From an uncultured Nitrososphaerales archaeon (GTDB taxonomy: Archaea > Thermoproteota > Nitrososphaeria > Nitrososphaerales > Nitrososphaeraceae), in the NCBI GenBank assembly GCA_963695855.1, contig CAVOHZ010000010.1:864001-928000 (forward strand): a stretch of 64,000 bases of DNA. The letters run 5' to 3'. Position 1 is the first letter of the stretch. The number at the start of each line of letters is the position of its first letter. The translations under genes were made by a program, and so were the position numbers. This document shows positions 1 through 10,449 of this stretch, piece after piece. The notes beneath the pieces were generated by a model. The model did not search any database. It was given only the letters and a program-made list of their open reading frames with translations, and was not told the origin of the DNA.

Positions 1-7
1 CGACAAG

Positions 8-826
8 GTGTTTACTTGGGTTTCCCCCATTACTTTTCCTGAGAAAATACAATCACTTGTTCAAGTAATAAATATGACCGAACTAGTAGTCTTAAATGTT
101 AAATCATTAGATAAATATTTTGCTGAACAAATTATTGCGTTGGATTCACTTCAAATTTCACAGGGATTTATTCTTCATTCTTATGATGTTGATCATGATA
201 GATTGCAACAGATGATCAAAGATACTACCGTAGCTAATTTCAGAATACTTGATGATGTTGATTCATTAAAAATAGAACTTAATAATGTTTCTCAAAGATC
301 TAATGAAGGGAATTTAATTATTCCAATTGACCATAGTTTCGATGTCAAAGGAGTTGGAACTGTTATTCTGGGTGTGATCAGACAAGGTCGTGTAAAGATT
401 TATGATAAATTAAAAATACTACCTTCAAACAAAGAAATTTTGGTTAAATCAATTCAAATGCATGATGATCCAGTAAACGAAGCATCAAGTCCTGCAAGAG
501 TAGGTCTTTCTCTCAAAGGTGTCAGTCCAGATGAAATAGAACGCGGCGATATAATATGTGATGGAGAAGGATTAGAAGTATCATCTTCTGAATTAATTGT
601 TCCAAATCTCTCAAGAAATAAGTATTATAAAAACGAAATTACTCAGAACCAAACGTATTTGATATCTGTTGGATTACAAATAAAACCAGTAAAAATCGTA
701 TTTCAAGATTCCAAAATTAAATTGCTATTAGAGAAACAAATAGTTTATTATCACAACCAGAAATTTCTAATCCTAAAACCTGATAGCAAGAGTACAAGGA
801 TTGTTGCCCAAGGATTGTTGCCTTAA
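8..826 (+). CDS. SelB-like / EF-Tu domain 2 translation factor (aSelBL-like), probably 5'-truncated by the window edge
   Basis: IDHSFDVKGVGTVILG, VKSIQMHD and RVGLSLKGV..DEIERGD are EF-Tu/SelB domain II motifs; the frame is open to the window start. Confidence 0.8.
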   Translation: MFTWVSPITFPEKIQSLVQVINMTELVVLNVKSLDKYFAEQIIALDSLQISQGFILHSYDVDHDRLQQMIKDTTVANFRILDDVDSLKIELNNVSQRSNEGNLIIPIDHSFDVKGVGTVILGVIRQGRVKIYDKLKILPSNKEILVKSIQMHDDPVNEASSPARVGLSLKGVSPDEIERGDIICDGEGLEVSSSELIVPNLSRNKYYKNEITQNQTYLISVGLQIKPVKIVFQDSKIKLLLEKQIVYYHNQKFLILKPDSKSTRIVAQGLLP

Positions 827-1450
827 TACAGAAAACAGATTAAATTTTACTATCAGTAGATATGGTGTTGTCCTTTATATCCTAGCACTCGAAGAATCCA
901 CAGCAGAAAGGGCTTCAATAAGTTAGCAAAAGTAACTTAAAAATTCAGATATCTCAATATACATATTACGAACTATTCCTAATTCACAATCAATTAACAG
1001 CATTCAGTAATCAGCATAAATTCTTCCTTTTGAAATAACATATATTGATAAATGCGAAAATAAAAGAAATTGAGTTTAGAATGGATAAGAAAATAAAAGA
1101 AATTAGGACAATAAAGAAAGAAGATAGTAAGGAAGAGTTACCTTTGTCAGCGAGAATATTCTAAATAATATGGAAAATCAATCTGTAAACAATGAAAAAT
1201 AGTCCATAAATAAATTTGATGAGATAATAGAAAAAAGATTAATTTAAAGAAACCCAGACACAAAGCAAGAAAAGTTTTAGGTAAAAGTATGCAAGATCAT
1301 TCAACAATCTATGAATGATATAATAACCTAAAATTTAAAAAGTGAAATTCTGAGATAACTAAAGTAACATATAGATTCAAATATAATATAACAATATTGT
1401 TCACATTGTTATTTATGTGACTCATATTTATTCAATTTATCGACGCAATT

Positions 1451-4087
1451 TTAAAAAAATATCTTAATTGTTAGAATTTTGAATGCATCAATTTCTATAT
1501 TCATTTCATTATTTTCTATATTCTTTATTTCTTCAATTTTATTTTCCATTAAATCAACTATTTCCGCCGCTTTCACATTTAAAGCTAATTTGATCTTTAC
1601 ACTAGTTTTCTTACCTTCTGCTTCATATATCCTCAAAATTATTGTTTTTCTATCATCACCTAACTTTATAGTACTTAAAATTACATTTTCTTTGTCGATA
1701 TTCAGAAAAGATTCTCTATTTCCTAAACTACCACTTTCTAAATTTTTATCTCCGCTGGAATGACCATTTACGTTGTTGTTATTTCTTTTTATCTGCAGTG
1801 GAATTAAAGGCATGTTGATCTCCATCCCGTGCTTATAGATATCATCATCTTGCCAATCATTTTCGTGTGGGAGTATAGAATATCTGAAAGTATACGGTTT
1901 ACTTTCTGCGGCATCCGGTGTCGGAATACATGGTCCCATTATTCCATCAGATGATAATAGAATTATACTTCTAAGTAATGTTAAGTATATTGTATTATCT
2001 CTGACCTCATGAGAGGGTAGTCCTTGATGTAGCAAGCTAACTCCAATTTTTTCATTTGAGTCATTTTTTTCAGAAATATAATCAACCCATTCAAATGATG
2101 GAAAAACTCCAGATGGTTTTTCAAACCAATGGGGTTCATGTCTTTTATAATATAAGTTAGTATCTCTTTGTATAGCCCCAAATTGTGTCCCGCACCAGTA
2201 GTTTGAGGATTTAATATTGGTATCAAATTTAACCCTCAATCTAGAATGAGGATGTTTATTAAAAATATGGGTTATAAAATCTATTCTATTTAAATTCTTG
2301 TAAATTATAATTTCTTTTTCTATATCAACGAAATCATGTCTAAATAGCACGGGTTTAAATTTCTCGGTAAATCTATATGGCCATCTTAAAGCATAATATT
2401 TACTCTTAAATTTTATATGTGTCTTTAATTTGCCATTTATTACTTCGTATTTTTCGGGGTTGAATATTCCGTATTTTACTCCATCTCCAGATTCAGACTT
2501 TAGCAGTCCCAAATTTTCTCTATGATAGTACAAATCTCCAATTTCTTCATCTAAACATATTTCATTTCCCATCAAATAAGGTATTTTTTCGTTATTCTTG
2601 TTAATTTTTGAGACCGTGATTATAGCATTCTCTCTATTGATTTCAATATCATACTCTTTATTTTTAAAATTCGTATCATGAGTAACTATGGTTTCCAAAT
2701 TGATGTTATCTGACCTAACAAGTTGTAGGGTTTTATATCCAAGTGAGGGGATCGAAATTAGAAATCCTATCTTTATTTTCTTTATAGAGTTATCTGGATA
2801 GAGAGAATAATCTACAATTTCTATTTCTATGCTCTGATCCTCATCTTTTAGTCCGGAAATCCCAATGACTTCTTGTTGATCGAATTCCAGGGATAGTTCT
2901 GTCCAGTTAGTCACTTCCCATGATAGAGGATTAAAAATAAAAATATCCTTATTATTGTCTGTTTTTAAAGATAATTTTTTCAGATACTCTTGTATTGATT
3001 TGCCAATACTTTTCTTTGCATTATCAAATATTTCTCCTATTTCTTTGTATACTTCATCTACGCCTGTTCCTGGCAAAATATCATGCATGGCAACAAATAG
3101 CATTTCTTTCCAGTGTCTTGAAAGTAAATCTGAAATATTATCATCATGAATATTTACCATCCAAGAAATCGCATCAAGTCTCTCTAGTAATAATATACTG
3201 TTTTCAAATTCTTTTGCGCCTTGTTTTATCCACATACGAGTTGATGTACATTCAGGATATACTGCCGAAAATTTTCCTGAATACATCTCTCCTTTTCTGA
3301 TCATAAATTTGACATTTTGTTTTTCCAACTCCCTAAAAAATCGAAGAGGGGTAGAAATAGTCATTCTATGTCGTTTTGTATACTTTCCGTCCCTATCAAT
3401 TGATTTTTTATTCCAATCTTCGATCGCATCGATTAACTCTGGTTGTGGTGGCGTTGAACCACTTCCAGAAAGCATCAAGATTTGATTTGTTGCAGAATGT
3501 TTTTTTAATTTCTTGTATGATTTGTCTAAATCTGTTAAAAACAATCCCGCCCTATAACCTAATGGCATCCAATGAGTCAAGATCTGTGTTCCATCAAGAC
3601 CTTGCCAAAAAAATTCAGAGGGCGTTGAATTATTTATGCCCCTTCTGAATAGAAAATATTTGTATCCTGCACTTTTTAAAATCTGCGGCCACTGTGCATT
3701 AAATCCAAATTCATCAGCACCATAGGCAACTAGAACCTCCTGATTTAATTTATCCTTTACAAATTTTTTACCTTCAATTATCTCTCTTATTAGTACTTCT
3801 CCATTTGGAACCATTGTATCTGCTAGTAAATACTGACCGCCAGCGATTTCCATTTTATTTTCCCTTATTAGATCACTTATTTCTGAGAAAAGATTAGGAT
3901 AATCTTTTTCTACTTTTTCCAAAAGAAATGTTTGTTCAACGATAAATTTGTAATCTGATTTTTTGATGAGATTTATGGCTTGTTTTAAAATAACCTCAAT
4001 ATTGACAAAATAATAGTCTTGTTTATTTAATATCCATACTGCATCATAATGCATATGAGGAACTACATGAATAGTGGGATCACTCAT
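1451..4087 (-). CDS. GH38 alpha-mannosidase-like glycoside hydrolase
   Basis: HMHYDAVW Zn motif, ADEFG nucleophile region, FFWQGLDGT and MHDILPG; start moved to the ATG at 4087, which overlaps the upstream TGA (ATGA). Confidence 0.9.
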   Translation of the reverse strand: MSDPTIHVVPHMHYDAVWILNKQDYYFVNIEVILKQAINLIKKSDYKFIVEQTFLLEKVEKDYPNLFSEISDLIRENKMEIAGGQYLLADTMVPNGEVLIREIIEGKKFVKDKLNQEVLVAYGADEFGFNAQWPQILKSAGYKYFLFRRGINNSTPSEFFWQGLDGTQILTHWMPLGYRAGLFLTDLDKSYKKLKKHSATNQILMLSGSGSTPPQPELIDAIEDWNKKSIDRDGKYTKRHRMTISTPLRFFRELEKQNVKFMIRKGEMYSGKFSAVYPECTSTRMWIKQGAKEFENSILLLERLDAISWMVNIHDDNISDLLSRHWKEMLFVAMHDILPGTGVDEVYKEIGEIFDNAKKSIGKSIQEYLKKLSLKTDNNKDIFIFNPLSWEVTNWTELSLEFDQQEVIGISGLKDEDQSIEIEIVDYSLYPDNSIKKIKIGFLISIPSLGYKTLQLVRSDNINLETIVTHDTNFKNKEYDIEINRENAIITVSKINKNNEKIPYLMGNEICLDEEIGDLYYHRENLGLLKSESGDGVKYGIFNPEKYEVINGKLKTHIKFKSKYYALRWPYRFTEKFKPVLFRHDFVDIEKEIIIYKNLNRIDFITHIFNKHPHSRLRVKFDTNIKSSNYWCGTQFGAIQRDTNLYYKRHEPHWFEKPSGVFPSFEWVDYISEKNDSNEKIGVSLLHQGLPSHEVRDNTIYLTLLRSIILLSSDGIMGPCIPTPDAAESKPYTFRYSILPHENDWQDDDIYKHGMEINMPLIPLQIKRNNNNVNGHSSGDKNLESGSLGNRESFLNIDKENVILSTIKLGDDRKTIILRIYEAEGKKTSVKIKLALNVKAAEIVDLMENKIEEIKNIENNEMNIEIDAFKILTIKIFF

Positions 4088-4947
4088 TTTGTCCGGTTCC
4101 TCTGTAATATATGATCCAATACCACTTCCTTCCAACCATCTTGAGCTATACCCTTAACTCTAGTTAGATTGTTAATTTCCATTGGTGTATATTGATTGAA
4201 AATATTCCTTACTAGGAAAGCTTGATCGACATTTTCAAACATGGTAATATCGTTGATAGCGTCTCCTATAGCTATAACTTGAATCTTTTGATTTTTATAT
4301 TTTTTATAAAAAAGATTTTTCAGAATAGAAACTGCAGATCCCTTGTCGTGTCGCGCCGAGACTGTGATATATCTGGTACCTTGAACCATGATAAGGTTTC
4401 TTTCAATTAGGGCCCTCTCCAACTCTACACGATTGACAAATTCTATCTCTAGTATGGTTTCACTATATTCCCTTGATGCCATCAATGTTGCACCCTCCAC
4501 TGATATTCCAACTTTATTAGCTAATTGGGTAATTGAAAAATCAGAAACACAATTGAATCTAATATGAAACTTATTCCGTATATCGTTAAGGATTGTTATT
4601 ATTTGCTCATAGGATTTTCCCAATTCTAAAGTCATATTTCCATCGGTCTCTTTGGTTTCCAAACCAAATTCTTCAAGATTAAACGGAAAATAGTTTTTTG
4701 GAACAATAATGGCACCTCCATTTTCTACAATATAGGGATCAACAATATCTAGGTCATTTCTTATTTTGTCTTGTTCTTTTCTAGTTTTAGTTGAACATAA
4801 TACTAGAGGAATTTGATTCTCTGAAAGAATCTTGATAACTTTTTTAATGTCTCCATAGCCGTTTGAATGAATCATTTCTCTATTTCTTGCTATATATGAT
4901 TGTATGAGGGTATTGTCAATATCAGAAAAAATTAAAAACCGTGACAT
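4084..4947 (-). CDS. mpgP: Mannosyl-3-phosphoglycerate phosphatase (HAD IIB)
   Basis: SDIDNTL, CSTKTRKE, IVENGGAI, REYSE, DKGSAV and IGDAIND motifs typical of MpgP/YedP. Confidence 0.8.
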   Translation of the reverse strand: MSRFLIFSDIDNTLIQSYIARNREMIHSNGYGDIKKVIKILSENQIPLVLCSTKTRKEQDKIRNDLDIVDPYIVENGGAIIVPKNYFPFNLEEFGLETKETDGNMTLELGKSYEQIITILNDIRNKFHIRFNCVSDFSITQLANKVGISVEGATLMASREYSETILEIEFVNRVELERALIERNLIMVQGTRYITVSARHDKGSAVSILKNLFYKKYKNQKIQVIAIGDAINDITMFENVDQAFLVRNIFNQYTPMEINNLTRVKGIAQDGWKEVVLDHILQRNRTK

Positions 4948-5017
4948 CTTTTTACTCTTTCTTTAAAATGGATGACTTTATACTTTAACGTAAGAACTTA
5001 CATAAGAATTTTCTATA

Positions 5018-5584
5018 TCAAGGGAAAATTTGTCTGCCTGTTAATTTATCAATAATTTTTATTGCTTTTGTAGGACAAGTCTGGGCTGCATCTAATATGT
5101 TTTCAAAATCATCTCCAGATTCAGATATCACTACTGCTTTAGGATTGATCATCTTATTCTTTTCAACAATGAACACATGAGGAGCTAGAATCTCACAACT
5201 GCCAAATGCCATACACAAAGAAGGTTCTATTATTATATTAAATCTTGACTTTTTCTTTATTGGACCATATTTTTTGGAATTGTCATTAGGTTCATTATCT
5301 AAAACTGTTTTTTCATTTTCTAGATTGGTACCTAAATTAAAATCATCAACAATATCACTATTTTCTATTTCAAGACATAATTTATCATAATAACCCCTCT
5401 TATGATTGTCAGATAAAACTTCAAAGGCGATATTGATTTTTTTTATCATTTCCAAATCGTACTCTTTTCCAGAGTTCTTATCTGGATGATATTTTTTGAC
5501 TAACTGTCGATAAGTTTTTTTTATTTCAATGCTATCTGAATCCATAGTTAATCCAAGAATACTATAATATCCGTAAATATCCAA
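5018..5584 (-). CDS. DnaJ-ferredoxin fusion (DnaJ-Fer)
   Basis: J domain with HPD, followed by ferredoxin motifs CMAFGSC and AAQTCPTKAI. Confidence 0.9.
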   Translation of the reverse strand: MDIYGYYSILGLTMDSDSIEIKKTYRQLVKKYHPDKNSGKEYDLEMIKKINIAFEVLSDNHKRGYYDKLCLEIENSDIVDDFNLGTNLENEKTVLDNEPNDNSKKYGPIKKKSRFNIIIEPSLCMAFGSCEILAPHVFIVEKNKMINPKAVVISESGDDFENILDAAQTCPTKAIKIIDKLTGRQIFP

Positions 5585-5929
5585 CTATCAATTATGTATC
5601 TCCTTCTTATTTAATTTCTATGAAACAGTTATTGCAATTTTAAGTAGATTTAAAGCGATTTCATGGAAACGAAACGTTAACTTCAGCTGCTTTAGAAGTC
5701 TGTATATTATTCGAATTTCTTTAACAATACTCAATCGATCTACAAAAAAATCACCACTATTGACGATAATTGTTTTTTTTTTGTTTATATCCAGTACAGA
5801 TCCTATAAACTTAAATTAGAACTCCATATCTCAAGATGAATTCAAATCTATCAGATTGATATTGTAAATTATAATTGTTTATTCTGTTTGATTAATTTTG
5901 ATCGTCATTTAAAAAGATGTTTTTCTGCG

Positions 5930-6898
5930 TTAACTAGTATTGTAAATTAACTCTGAACTAATTTTGAGCATTTCAGTGTTTTCTAAAAAATTACAATTTT
6001 CTAGTCCGAGTTTCTTGGCCAATCCAATTATAAACAGCTGTACAATGAAAGTTGCCATCAGTAATATTTTGATATCTTCATTATCAGGAATTTCAATCAT
6101 GAATGTTTCTATCATCCTTTTTTTCAGTGATCTTTCTAATTTCTTTTCTTTTTGATAAAGACTATGCCTTTTGGAGGAAAGAATGATAATAGAATCATCT
6201 TCTGTAATCTGAAACAAGGGTGCATGACAGAAATTCTCAAGGGAATAGGCAAAAGACTTCCATCCCAGAACTTCATTAACCTTTAAAGATCCATACATGG
6301 CTATAGGATACAAAATAGAATTTCCAAGAAAAATTATAGAATTATTTTCATGTGAAGTAGATGAACACTTAGTTTTAGATACCAAAATTTTTGCTTTTCT
6401 TTTGGATTTTTCATACATTTCTTTTATATTATTGATATTATACGATGCTTCCAATAGATAAACACAAGTTACCATGCTGATAATAAAACTTAAAGTTCCC
6501 GAAGTAGGAGTATCTAAATTTTTATAGTTTAGATTTATTACTCGATTGCAATTCCTAGCCAATTGGCTGTCCGGATTACATGTTATTGCTATAGTTTGCT
6601 TACAGTATTTTTTTATCTTTTGTGCAACAAGTATATTCTGTTTAGTTTTACCAGAAATGGAAATTATATAAACAATTTTATCTTTACTTATCGAAGGATT
6701 GATTATTAAGTCAGCTGGATCAATACATAGGGAATCAAAATTTGTGAGATAACTAAATATCAATCCTGCAACATACGAATCTCCAGAGCCAACGATTATA
6801 CATTTATTGAAATTATTAATTTTAGGTGGTTTTTTAATTTTAGAAATTTCCGAAACCTGAAGGCTAATTTCTTTTTCCATTTTTTCCAATGATTTCAT
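5930..6898 (-). CDS. Double SIS-domain sugar-phosphate isomerase-like protein
   Basis: VGSGDS, ISISGKT, YGSLKVNE and ENFCHAP motifs of the GlmS/AgaS SIS fold; no glutaminase domain. Confidence 0.8.
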   Translation of the reverse strand: MKSLEKMEKEISLQVSEISKIKKPPKINNFNKCIIVGSGDSYVAGLIFSYLTNFDSLCIDPADLIINPSISKDKIVYIISISGKTKQNILVAQKIKKYCKQTIAITCNPDSQLARNCNRVINLNYKNLDTPTSGTLSFIISMVTCVYLLEASYNINNIKEMYEKSKRKAKILVSKTKCSSTSHENNSIIFLGNSILYPIAMYGSLKVNEVLGWKSFAYSLENFCHAPLFQITEDDSIIILSSKRHSLYQKEKKLERSLKKRMIETFMIEIPDNEDIKILLMATFIVQLFIIGLAKKLGLENCNFLENTEMLKISSELIYNTS

Positions 6899-7425
6899 TT
6901 TAATATCTTTCCTTTTAATTATTTAAAAAATTTATTTATTCTTTTATTTTCCTAGAAAACAATATTTTTAGATTTAGATGTAAAATAAGAATATTCTAGA
7001 TTTTAATTATATAATTTTTTTTGTATAAATCTTTTTTCTATACCGATATTCTATTTTAAATAATTAATGAGATACGATAGATGAATACAGGAGCATATAC
7101 AAGAACCTGAGATTGCATTTAATAGAACCTAAACTAATAAAATCCTTCAAAAAAGAAATCTCATACAACTTTTTTGGATTTTCTCTCATCTTTATAAGAG
7201 ATGGCGTGATAAGCATCGTAAATCATCACTTTTTAAATGGAGTTTCATTTTTAGTCTGTTTAACATATTTAATCTAAAACAGAAAAAATACAAATATCTA
7301 CCATAATACCGATTCCTTTTAAAGAAAGTATCGAATATTTTCGGTTTTTCTTTAAATACTTATTACAAAATCCGTAAGCTTAGAATATATGATAATATAT
7401 CCAAAATGTGAGGTAGCATTAAATA

Positions 7426-8181
7426 TTGAAATTACAAGATAAGGTTGCAATAGTTACAGGAGCAAGTGGAACTGTTGGTAGAGATATTACTAAAAAACTC
7501 GTATCAGAAGGTTGTAAGGTTGTTCTTGTAGGCAAAAATAGCAAAAAATTAAACAACTTAGTAGAGGAAATAGGAAAAAAGGATGATCTTTTACCTCTGC
7601 CTTCAGATATTAGCAAAGAGGGAGATGTACTAAATATCATTGAACAAACCATCAATAACTTCAATACCATAGATATTTTGATTAACAATGCAGGAATAAT
7701 AAATGATCCCACTCCTTTCCACAAAACTGATCAAGATCTGTGGATGAATTTGATCGAAGTTAATCTAATAGGAACTTTGCATATGACAAAATTCGCATTG
7801 CCTATAATGATGGAAAATAAATCCGGCAACATCGTAAACATTTCCTCAACGTTAGGAACTAAGGCCATTTCCGGAGTTCCCCTTTCAATCTATGGCCTTA
7901 CAAAAGGTGGATTGATATCATTTACAAAACATGTAGCTGTAGAGTATGGGGAATACGGAATCCGGTGTAATTGTATTGTTCCCTCTTCCATAAGATCGCC
8001 ATTTTTAGAACCATACATGAGTGATGAAAACGCCAGAAAAACTCTAGTATCATCATTTCCCTTGGGGACAATTGGAGACCCCTCTGATATCTCTAATGCA
8101 GTCATATATCTGTGTTCAAATGATTCAAAATGGGTTACAGGTGCAGAACTAGATATAGATGGCGGGATGACTGCAAAGTAG
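7426..8181 (+). CDS. SDR-family (FabG-like) oxidoreductase
   Basis: TGASGTVG, INNAG, NISS and YGLTK catalytic motif. Confidence 0.9.
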   Translation: MKLQDKVAIVTGASGTVGRDITKKLVSEGCKVVLVGKNSKKLNNLVEEIGKKDDLLPLPSDISKEGDVLNIIEQTINNFNTIDILINNAGIINDPTPFHKTDQDLWMNLIEVNLIGTLHMTKFALPIMMENKSGNIVNISSTLGTKAISGVPLSIYGLTKGGLISFTKHVAVEYGEYGIRCNCIVPSSIRSPFLEPYMSDENARKTLVSSFPLGTIGDPSDISNAVIYLCSNDSKWVTGAELDIDGGMTAK

Positions 8182-8257
8182 GTATTGATGATATTCTCTG
8201 TAATCGCAGAGAATTATTCAGACCTATATTTTTATAATATTATTTTTATACATATTT

Positions 8258-8602
8258 ATGAAAAAGTTAGAAATAATAATACCACATGAACGTTTAAACG
8301 AAGCAGATTCCATTCTCGAAAAGTTTAATGTTGGAGGAATGTCCTTTCTTCATGTCAATGGACGAGGTAAGACCAAGTGGAGTCCTATTCCTGTTGGTAG
8401 AGGAGTGATGGTGTATACTCCAAAATTTGGAACTCGCACTAAAATTGAAGTACTAGTAAAAGATGAAATAGCTAAACCTTTGGTTGATGCATTAATAGAA
8501 AATCTCAGTACAGGGTCTGTGTCTGATGGAAAAATATTCGTCTATGATGTTCATGACGCTTATGACATAGGAAACAGACAACAATCGGATTTGGCAATTT
8601 AG
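8258..8602 (+). CDS. PII nitrogen-regulatory family protein
   Basis: MKKLEIII, GRG, KIEVLV and TGSVSDGKIFV. Confidence 0.9.
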   Translation: MKKLEIIIPHERLNEADSILEKFNVGGMSFLHVNGRGKTKWSPIPVGRGVMVYTPKFGTRTKIEVLVKDEIAKPLVDALIENLSTGSVSDGKIFVYDVHDAYDIGNRQQSDLAI

Positions 8603-8996
8603 CCTTATTCTAATTGTTATATTCTTTCACTTAAAACTAATAATAGATCCGAAAGATGAGCCGACACGTCTTCTTTTACCTTGTCATTCTATCTTTCAAT
8701 GATTGATTGATTAAATTTGTTCAATTTTTAATAAAATACATTACCAGTTTCATTACTTACCTATTTCCTATTACTGACTTGAGTGCTGTGAATCTGTAGA
8801 CAAGCATATATACATACCATAGCCTTCTACATGGTACATTCGTGGTTGCTCCTCCAATAGACGGCTATGGCTCTTATTCTTCTTATTTTACTATTAAATT
8901 TGGCAGACAGAAGTTATCTCCAATAGTATAACATATGACAAAATTAACTTTATTATATTATAACTTTATTATATTACATGTTTATATTACTATTTA

Positions 8997-9515
8997 ATGA
9001 GAAAACTTTTCTTTTTTACAATAACCGCTCTACTCATGACAACAGCATCCGTAGTAGTGATAAACTCATACGATATAAAATTTAATATATTGAATGCATA
9101 TGCTACTGTGGAAGGATTTAGTGCTCAATTATCAGGTAATGAAGAAGTTCCTCCTGTTCAAACTGATGCAACTGGCTCTGCTGAATTTACAGCACCGCAT
9201 TTTGACAATATTCGTTATTCCCTAAATGTATCAAATATAGATAAAGTTACAATGGCTCATATACATAGTGGCAAACAAGGCGAAAATGGACCACCAGTGG
9301 TAACATTGTTTATGGCAGAAACTCCATCAACTGAGCCTATAAATGGCAATCTAGTAAGTGGCAATATTACTAATGCAAATCTTCAAGGTCCTATGGCTGG
9401 AAAAACAGTAATGGATTTAACGAAATCTATGGAATTAGGTGAGACATATGTTAATGTACATACGGAAGAAAATCCCAAGGGTGAAATTAGAGGACAAATT
9501 AAAGGTGGAGGATAA
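8997..9515 (+). CDS. Secreted CHRD-domain protein
   Basis: Signal peptide; LSGNEEVPPV, AHIH and YVNVHT..NPKGEIRGQI. Confidence 0.9.
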   Translation: MRKLFFFTITALLMTTASVVVINSYDIKFNILNAYATVEGFSAQLSGNEEVPPVQTDATGSAEFTAPHFDNIRYSLNVSNIDKVTMAHIHSGKQGENGPPVVTLFMAETPSTEPINGNLVSGNITNANLQGPMAGKTVMDLTKSMELGETYVNVHTEENPKGEIRGQIKGGG

Positions 9516-10449
9516 ATTCCATACTTTTTTAACTTGTAGATAAAGACTGATCCAACAGTAACTGCACAAATTTCAATATTACTAAAATAAAAATAAAAAT
9601 TTTTATTAACTTTTAATAATTTTTTTAATAAATTTTTATTTCTTCTCTAGTTCTAGCACCACTATCAAATACAAACTAGTACAAAATACTGTTATTTATT
9701 AAATAAAAAATCTAACATTCACTTAAAACTCTATGAGAACAGTTTCAAAAGTGATAAATACTCTAACAATTGGGTTTTCACCACACATGCATATCGAATC
9801 ATAGCAAAACCTCACAGTTGTCATACTCACCTGCATTCTATCTATAAATCCATATCATATTGTTCGTTCAGGCTATGACAGCAATAATAATTTCTCTATT
9901 TAAGATTATTTAAAACTCTATAGAAAAATAGTTTCAAATAAATAAATATCTCATTGGAAAAGAGGAATATGAACATTAACCTCATAAGTTCATTACTCTA
10001 TCTAGCGAGTGATATAACTATGACTATTGATTCTGTAAATAAACAAAAGTGGTGAAGGAAGGGGTGAAGGCTGTGAAGGCATCTGATGAGGGAGAGGGGA
10101 TATTCAAAACACAGAATGAGAAATAACGAATAAAATCAATAATTCTGATTTCTAAGAATATAATTTAAAATATATGAAAAAGGAGGAGGGAGAGAATTCT
10201 ACTAACAAATGAGTAATAACACCGTCAAAGATCTACCCTGTCATTATGCATCAATAGCAATTGAAAAAGGGAAGGATCGCCAGACTGTTCTAAATTTGCT
10301 ACAAGAACTTTTTTTGACGAAGGTTAAGATTGAACTTTTCCTTTATGTGAAGAACATTATCAAAAAGTATCAAAACAAAGCAAAAAAGCAGTTAGTTAGT
10401 CATTTAGAATCCTAATATGATTAATAATTAATCAAATCAATTAATTAGT

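Noticed and set aside
8-826. True selenocysteine elongation factor SelB
   Set aside because: No NKxD G-domain motif in the visible part, no domain IV and no Sec machinery in the window; it fits a SelB-like paralogue
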